Positions 58,894 through 64,000 of a stretch of 64,000 nt of DNA are shown here, piece by piece. The position numbers and the translations under genes are program-made. Position 1 is the first letter of the stretch. Every line of letters starts with the position of its first letter. Source of the DNA: Planctomycetota bacterium (GTDB lineage Bacteria > Planctomycetota > Phycisphaerae > Phycisphaerales > SM1A02); assembly GCA_016872915.1 (NCBI GenBank), contig VGYQ01000005.1:171-64170 (forward strand), written 5' to 3'. A model generated the notes under the pieces. That model did no database searches, had not been told where the DNA came from, and saw only the letters and a list, made by a program, of their open reading frames with translations.

Positions 58894-60160
58894 GCTGAGT
58901 ACGGTACCGTTTGCGCACATGCCAGCCACCGCCCTCGTGAACGCGCGACTTCTCACGATGCATTCGCCGGGCGGCGCACGATCGCTCATCCGGCGTCCAA
59001 CGCCATTGCATCTCGGCATCATGGAACGCGGGTACGTCGCGTGGGAGTCCGGCAGGATCACGGCACTTGCGGCAGGTGAACCATCCGCGCTGCCGAAAGA
59101 CTGCACAACGATCGATGCGGGCGGTTGCGTCGTCACACCAGGGTTTGTGGACTGCCACACGCATGCGTGCTGGGCGGGCGATCGCTCCGATGAATGGGCC
59201 ATGAAACTGGCGGGGCGTTCCTATCTGGACATTCTTGCCGCGGGAGGTGGAATCATGTCCACCGTGCGCGCCGTGCGCGCGACGGGACAGGAAGAACTGA
59301 CTGCGCTGCTCGTGCGCCGACTTTCGGAGATGGCGAACTACGGGACTACAACGGTGGAGGTGAAGTCTGGCTACGGACTGAATACCGAAAGCGAAATCAA
59401 GATGCTGCGTGCCATCGATGCGGCGCGCGCGCTCACGCCGCAGCGCATAGCGGCGACGTTTCTCGGAGCTCACGCCATCGATCCAGATCAAGCCGATTTT
59501 GTGGCGCGCACGATTGCGGAGACGCTGCCAGCTGCGGCACGTCTGATGCCGGGCATCGCGGCGGACGCGTACTGCGAACAAGGCGCGTGGAGTGCAACGG
59601 ACTGCGCCGCCTATTTCGAACGGGCGCGCACACTCGGCTGCCCCGTGCGTGTGCATACCAACCAGTTTCATTCGCTTGGCATGGTCGAACGCGCCGTGGA
59701 GATGGGTGCGGTCAGTCTCGACCATCTCGAAGCGTGCACGGACGGAGAGATTGCGGCGGTCGCCAACAGCGGCTCTGTCGCGGTGGGTCTGCCCGCCACA
59801 TCGTTCTGCCTCGGGACGCCCTACCTGCGCGCGCGCGAACTGATCGATGCCGGCGCTGCGCTCGCATTGGCCACCAATGCCAATCCGGGCAGTGCGCCTG
59901 TGCGAGGGATGCCGCTCGTAATCGCACTCGCCGTTCGGCAGCTCCGCCTGACGCCAAGCGAAGCACTCATCGCCACCATGTGGAACGCCGCCTGCGTGCT
60001 TGGTTTGCAGGGCGAGTGCGGTTCGCTTGCCGTCGGCAAGAGCGCCGATGTGGTGCTCTGGCCATTCCGGGACGAACGCACGCTCGCCTATGAGGTCAGC
60101 GGCGCACTGCCCGACGCTGTCTTTGCCCGCGGTGTGCGCGTGGGCACACGACTTCGCTAG
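58892..60160 (+). CDS. hutI: Imidazolonepropionase
   Basis: PGFVDCHTHACWAGDRSDEWAMKLAGRSYLDILAAGGGIMSTVRAVRA and the downstream His/Asp metal ligands match HutI. Alternative start ATG at 58919. Confidence 0.85.
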   Translation: MLSTVPFAHMPATALVNARLLTMHSPGGARSLIRRPTPLHLGIMERGYVAWESGRITALAAGEPSALPKDCTTIDAGGCVVTPGFVDCHTHACWAGDRSDEWAMKLAGRSYLDILAAGGGIMSTVRAVRATGQEELTALLVRRLSEMANYGTTTVEVKSGYGLNTESEIKMLRAIDAARALTPQRIAATFLGAHAIDPDQADFVARTIAETLPAAARLMPGIAADAYCEQGAWSATDCAAYFERARTLGCPVRVHTNQFHSLGMVERAVEMGAVSLDHLEACTDGEIAAVANSGSVAVGLPATSFCLGTPYLRARELIDAGAALALATNANPGSAPVRGMPLVIALAVRQLRLTPSEALIATMWNAACVLGLQGECGSLAVGKSADVVLWPFRDERTLAYEVSGALPDAVFARGVRVGTRLR

Positions 60161-60173
60161 CCTCCCCCGCTGC

Positions 60174-60983
60174 ATGCACCGCTCCGCGCGCGACATCGAA
60201 GACGCCACCGCAGCGGCCGCTTGCGTTTGCCGCACACATGAGGCACTCGCGGCATTCCTGCGCGAGGGGCAAACGCTTGCCGAGATCGACACGTTCGTCG
60301 GGCGAACCCTCGAGAAGCTGGACTGCCGATCCTGTTTCATCGGCTACCGGGCACGCGGGCATCCGCCCTTCCCAAGCCACTCCTGCCTCTCCGTGAACGC
60401 CTGCGTTGTGCACGGCACACACGACATGACCGATCGCCCGCTGCAGGCAGGCGATCTGTTGTCGGTGGACATCGGCGTGCGCCACCGCGGGTTCATCGGC
60501 GATGCGGCGTGGACATTCCTCGTGCGCGGGGGCGACAAACTCGCCCATGCGCTGATGGAATGCGGCAAGGAGAGTCTCCGTCGAGGCGTGAAAGCCATGG
60601 TGGCGGGTCGTCCGCTGATCGACTGGGCGCGCGCGGTACAAGGTCATGTCGAGGGCGAGTGCCGCTTCTGCCTTGTGCGCGGACTTGGTGGGCACGGCTA
60701 CGGACGCACGCTGCACGATGCGCCATTCGTTTCCAATGTTGTGCCGAGTTTCCCTGGCGAATGGAACGAAGCCTGGTCCACCTTCAAGACGGGCATGCTG
60801 ATCGCCGTGGAGCCGATGATCGCCGTCAGTTCGACGGAGACAAAGTCCGAGGGCAATGCATGGCCAATCTTTACTGCAGATGGATCGCTTAGCGTTCACT
60901 ATGAGGCCGATGTGCTGATCACCGACGAAGGCCCCGTCAATCTCACAGAGGATCTCTTTGGTTTGCCCGATGTCGTCGGGTGA
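60174..60983 (+). CDS. map: Methionine aminopeptidase, type I
   Basis: Metal ligands in context: DLLSVDIGV, GDAAWTF, GGHGYGRTLHDAP, IAVEPMI, VHYEADVLIT. Confidence 0.85.
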   Translation: MHRSARDIEDATAAAACVCRTHEALAAFLREGQTLAEIDTFVGRTLEKLDCRSCFIGYRARGHPPFPSHSCLSVNACVVHGTHDMTDRPLQAGDLLSVDIGVRHRGFIGDAAWTFLVRGGDKLAHALMECGKESLRRGVKAMVAGRPLIDWARAVQGHVEGECRFCLVRGLGGHGYGRTLHDAPFVSNVVPSFPGEWNEAWSTFKTGMLIAVEPMIAVSSTETKSEGNAWPIFTADGSLSVHYEADVLITDEGPVNLTEDLFGLPDVVG

Positions 60984-61022
60984 ATTGCGCCACGCTCAGA
61001 CGAGACCGCTACCCTTTGCGCC

Positions 61023-62243
61023 ATGCCGCTCGCGCTGCTTCTTGAGTCGATCCATCCAGCAGCCGACGCTGTTCTGACCGAATCGGGATTCGCAGTTGAA
61101 CGCGCTCCCGGCGCACTGGCGGGCAGCGCGCTGCACGCGGCGCTTGCGCGCGCTGATCTTGTGGGCATCCGATCGAAGACCGAGCTTCGGGCGGGAGACC
61201 TCGCTGCGGCGCCCAATCTGCTTGCAGTGGGCTGCTTCTGCATTGGAACGAATCAGGTGGACCTCACGGCGGCAGCCGCCGCCGGGACTGCTGTGTTCAA
61301 CTCACCCTTCAGCAATACGCGCAGCGTGGCGGAGATGACGGTCGCCGAAGCGGTCTGCCTCTTCCGCCGACTCTTCGAGAAGTCAGCGCTGCTGCATGCG
61401 GGCAACTGGGACAAGTCCGCTGCGAACAGCCATGAGGTACGCGGGCGAACGCTTGGCATCGTCGGCTACGGCCACATCGGCTCTCAGGTCAGCGTCCTCG
61501 CCGAGGCGCTTGGGATGCGAGTCATCTTTCATGACATTCTGCGCAAACTGCCGCTTGGCAACGCATCGCCCCGACCGTCCCTTGAGGCAGTCCTGCGTGA
61601 AGCAGACTGCGTGACGCTGCATGTGCCTGAAACGCCGCAAACAGCGGGTCTGATTGGAGCCGCACAACTCGCACTGATGAAGCGAGGCGCCTTTCTCATC
61701 AACAACGCGCGCGGCAGTGTGGTGGATACCGGTGCACTTGCTGCGGCGCTGCAGGATGGTCGTCTTGGTGGCGCAGCACTCGACGTCTTCCCCGACGAAC
61801 CGGCGAAGGCAGGCGACCGATTCGTGTCGCCGCTGCAGGCGTGCGGCACGGCGATCCTGACGCCGCATATCGGTGGCTCCACAGAGGAGGCCCAGGAACT
61901 GATCGCACTCGAAGTGGCGGAGAAGTTGGCCCGTTTCTGGGAACGCGGCTCCACGGAAACGAGCGTCAACATCCCGCAGGTCGACCTGCCCGTGCTCCGC
62001 GAGGGACAACTGCGCATTCTGCACGTTCACCGCAATGTGCCTGGCGTCCTTGGCACGATGCACACGCTGCTTGCGCGCGCGGGCATCAACATCAACGCGG
62101 AGTATCTGCAGTCGAATCCTTCCACGAGCTATGTGATCCTTGATGTCGAACCCATCAGCGATCCCACGCTGCTCGATGGCATCCGTGCCATGCCCGAGAC
62201 GATTCGAATGCGAACGGCTTCGGGCCCCCCAGGCCGCAAGTAG
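61023..62243 (+). CDS. serA: D-3-phosphoglycerate dehydrogenase with C-terminal ACT domain
   Basis: NAD-binding LGIVGYGHIGSQV, catalytic NNARG...D and TPHIGGST motifs, and an ACT-like tail (LRILHVHRNVPGVLG). Confidence 0.88.
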   Translation: MPLALLLESIHPAADAVLTESGFAVERAPGALAGSALHAALARADLVGIRSKTELRAGDLAAAPNLLAVGCFCIGTNQVDLTAAAAAGTAVFNSPFSNTRSVAEMTVAEAVCLFRRLFEKSALLHAGNWDKSAANSHEVRGRTLGIVGYGHIGSQVSVLAEALGMRVIFHDILRKLPLGNASPRPSLEAVLREADCVTLHVPETPQTAGLIGAAQLALMKRGAFLINNARGSVVDTGALAAALQDGRLGGAALDVFPDEPAKAGDRFVSPLQACGTAILTPHIGGSTEEAQELIALEVAEKLARFWERGSTETSVNIPQVDLPVLREGQLRILHVHRNVPGVLGTMHTLLARAGININAEYLQSNPSTSYVILDVEPISDPTLLDGIRAMPETIRMRTASGPPGRK

Positions 62244-62265
62244 AACCACACAGGAGATGATCCGG

Positions 62266-64000
62266 ATGATTTCGTACACGCCTGATTTCCGCGCAGCGCT
62301 CGCCCAGCACCCACTGCATCCGATGGTCCGCACGCTGCTCTTCATCTGCCTCTGCGCAACCGCGCTTGTCCTGTCCGCGGTCACCGCGAATGCGGTGCCA
62401 CCTTCGACACGCAGCGAGCCTGTCAGCGACATGATTCATGGACGCAAGGTGGACGATCCCTATCGGTGGCTCGAGCAACTCGAGAAGGATTCGCAGGAGG
62501 TCGCCGCATGGACAACGATCCAGAACGACCGCACCACCAACCTGCTGCGCTCGCTCCCCTGCCATGCGGAACTGACCTCGGAACTTCGACCACTCATGTC
62601 CATCGGTTCAATCGGAATGCCCGTCTGCGAAGGCGGCAGTGCGTTCTGGACGGAGCGCGAAGGTTCGCAGAATCAGCCTGTGCTGTATGTCGGGGCAGAT
62701 GTCGGCGCTCTGTCCCCCGCCGCGAGCGCACCTGCTGCCGCACCGAGCGGTCCCGATCGCGCAAAGCGAAGGACGCTCCTCGATGTCAACGCGCTCGACG
62801 CGCGCGGACTGACGAGCCTTGACTGGTGGGTTCCATCTCCCTGCGGCAAGCGAGTCGCGTTTGGTCTCTCGAAGTCCGGCAGTGAGATGAGCGTGCTGCA
62901 CGTGCTCGATGCGGAGAGCGGTCGTTGGATCAGCGATGAGATCACGGGGAAGGTTTCCTTTGGCGGTTGGACACCCACGAGCGATGCGTTCCTCTACTCG
63001 GCGCTCGCCGATGCGGCGGATCCGTACTCACGCGAGGTGCGCTGGCACACCATCGGCGAGCACCCGCGGCACGACAAACTGCTGGCGCGGCAGACCGATC
63101 CGAGCCGCATTCCAGGCGCATCGATCAGCCGCGATGGGCGCTGGATCTTTCTCTCGCTCTCGCGCGGCTGGCAAGCGAATGATCTGTCGGTACTCGAGAC
63201 CGAGGCGTGGCAGCGCGCGGGCATGCCCGCTGCAGCACCGCTTGCGAAGGTGGTGGCCGAAGGACTCGATGCGACATTCTGGCCGACCGCAAGCGTGGGT
63301 GACACGCTCTTCATGCGAACGACGCTCGACGCACCAACGGGCACGCTTGTCGCCGTGGCGCTTCGTTCCCCGCAGCGATCCTCGTGGAAAACGGTCGTCG
63401 CGCCGCGCAACGACATGGTGCTCGAAGGCGCCTCGCGCGCGGGCGACCTGCTCGTGCTCACATTCTCGAAGGATGTGACCACGCGACTCGAGCGGATCCG
63501 AACCACGGGCGAAGCCGTCGGCGCCATGGAACTGCCGGGGCTCGGGACGGCGGGCGTCGGCACGACCGATGAACGCACGAGTGGCTTCGTGTCCTTCACA
63601 AGTTTCAACGAACCGCGCTCCATCTACGCGGCGGACTTCGCGTCAGGAACGACGCGGCTGTGGGCGCGTCCCGAGATTCCCTTCGATCCATCGGCAATCG
63701 AAGTGAAGCAGGTGTTCGTACCGAGCAAGGATGGAACGCGCGTGCCGATGTTCATCGTGCAGCGCAAGGGCATGAAGCACGCGGGCAGCACGCCCACGCT
63801 GCTCTACGGCTACGGCGGGTTCAATGTCAGTCTCGATCCCGCGTTCTCTGCGACCCTGTGGCCGTGGCTGCAGCGTGGAGGTGTGTACGCGGTCGCGAAC
63901 CTGCGCGGCGGCAGCGAGTACGGCGAAGCGTGGCACCGCGCGGGCATGCTCGGCAAGAAGCAGAATGTCTTCGATGATTTCCATGCGTGCGCGCAGTGGC
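62266..64000 (+). CDS. Prolyl oligopeptidase (S9A family), 3'-partial at the window edge
   Basis: Not in the ORF track because the frame is open-ended. AGGAG lies 9 nt upstream of the ATG at 62266. Signal-like N-terminus, DPYRWLE motif, beta-propeller region, and the start of the catalytic domain (LLYGYGGFNVS, NLRGGSEYGEAWHRAG, KQNVFDDF). No stop through nt 63999. Confidence 0.88.
   Translation, partial: MISYTPDFRAALAQHPLHPMVRTLLFICLCATALVLSAVTANAVPPSTRSEPVSDMIHGRKVDDPYRWLEQLEKDSQEVAAWTTIQNDRTTNLLRSLPCHAELTSELRPLMSIGSIGMPVCEGGSAFWTEREGSQNQPVLYVGADVGALSPAASAPAAAPSGPDRAKRRTLLDVNALDARGLTSLDWWVPSPCGKRVAFGLSKSGSEMSVLHVLDAESGRWISDEITGKVSFGGWTPTSDAFLYSALADAADPYSREVRWHTIGEHPRHDKLLARQTDPSRIPGASISRDGRWIFLSLSRGWQANDLSVLETEAWQRAGMPAAAPLAKVVAEGLDATFWPTASVGDTLFMRTTLDAPTGTLVAVALRSPQRSSWKTVVAPRNDMVLEGASRAGDLLVLTFSKDVTTRLERIRTTGEAVGAMELPGLGTAGVGTTDERTSGFVSFTSFNEPRSIYAADFASGTTRLWARPEIPFDPSAIEVKQVFVPSKDGTRVPMFIVQRKGMKHAGSTPTLLYGYGGFNVSLDPAFSATLWPWLQRGGVYAVANLRGGSEYGEAWHRAGMLGKKQNVFDDFHACAQW

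Noticed and set aside
58829-60340. 503-aa ORF on the minus strand
   Set aside because: It is antisense to hutI and map. Its composition is Arg/Ala/Cys-rich with no recognisable motif, whereas the plus-strand genes have clear catalytic signatures.
61383-62432. 349-aa ORF on the minus strand
   Set aside because: It is antisense to serA and to the start of the prolyl oligopeptidase. No motifs.

Overview
High-GC, gene-dense chromosomal segment with about 60 protein-coding genes, 4 tRNAs and one riboswitch. I saw no rRNA, CRISPR array, IS/transposase, integrase or prophage genes. The window opens inside dnaA and is mostly housekeeping: mutL, a coupled pckA-ilvA-nadE block, hflX, tsaD, tal/pgi, a cysteine desulfurase, recA, UDP-xylose synthase and anmK. 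It continues with a complete phoB-phoR-pstSCAB-phoU locus followed directly by rpmH-aroK, then rnc, ilvC, uppP, ligA, a DinG-like helicase, hutI, map and serA. It ends in a prolyl oligopeptidase truncated by the window edge; that gene and rpmH are absent from the ORF track and were read from the sequence. Three lineage markers point to Planctomycetota (Phycisphaerae-like), by inference only: a prepilin-type HX9DG/DUF1559 protein, a DUF1800-DUF1501 pair with a Tat signal, and secreted enzymes ending in dockerin-like double repeats. The strongest lead is a cobalamin riboswitch (B12 box GCCACTG at 6791-6797). It precedes a three-gene operon (6929-8911) with no member from any known B12 regulon family: a secreted dockerin-tagged protein, an HX9DG pseudopilin-like protein and a BFD-like [2Fe-2S] protein. 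This may be an undescribed B12-responsive extracellular or surface system. Other leads include a DegT-family homologue lacking both PLP-anchoring residues, a stand-alone MshEN-type c-di-GMP-binding module, and a five-gene overlapping cluster ending in DUF1800/DUF1501. There is also a perfect 9-bp inverted repeat abutting the pckA start, RecA with an N-terminal low-complexity extension of about 85 aa, and a candidate SOS-like operator. All function calls rest on motifs read by eye. No database search was run.
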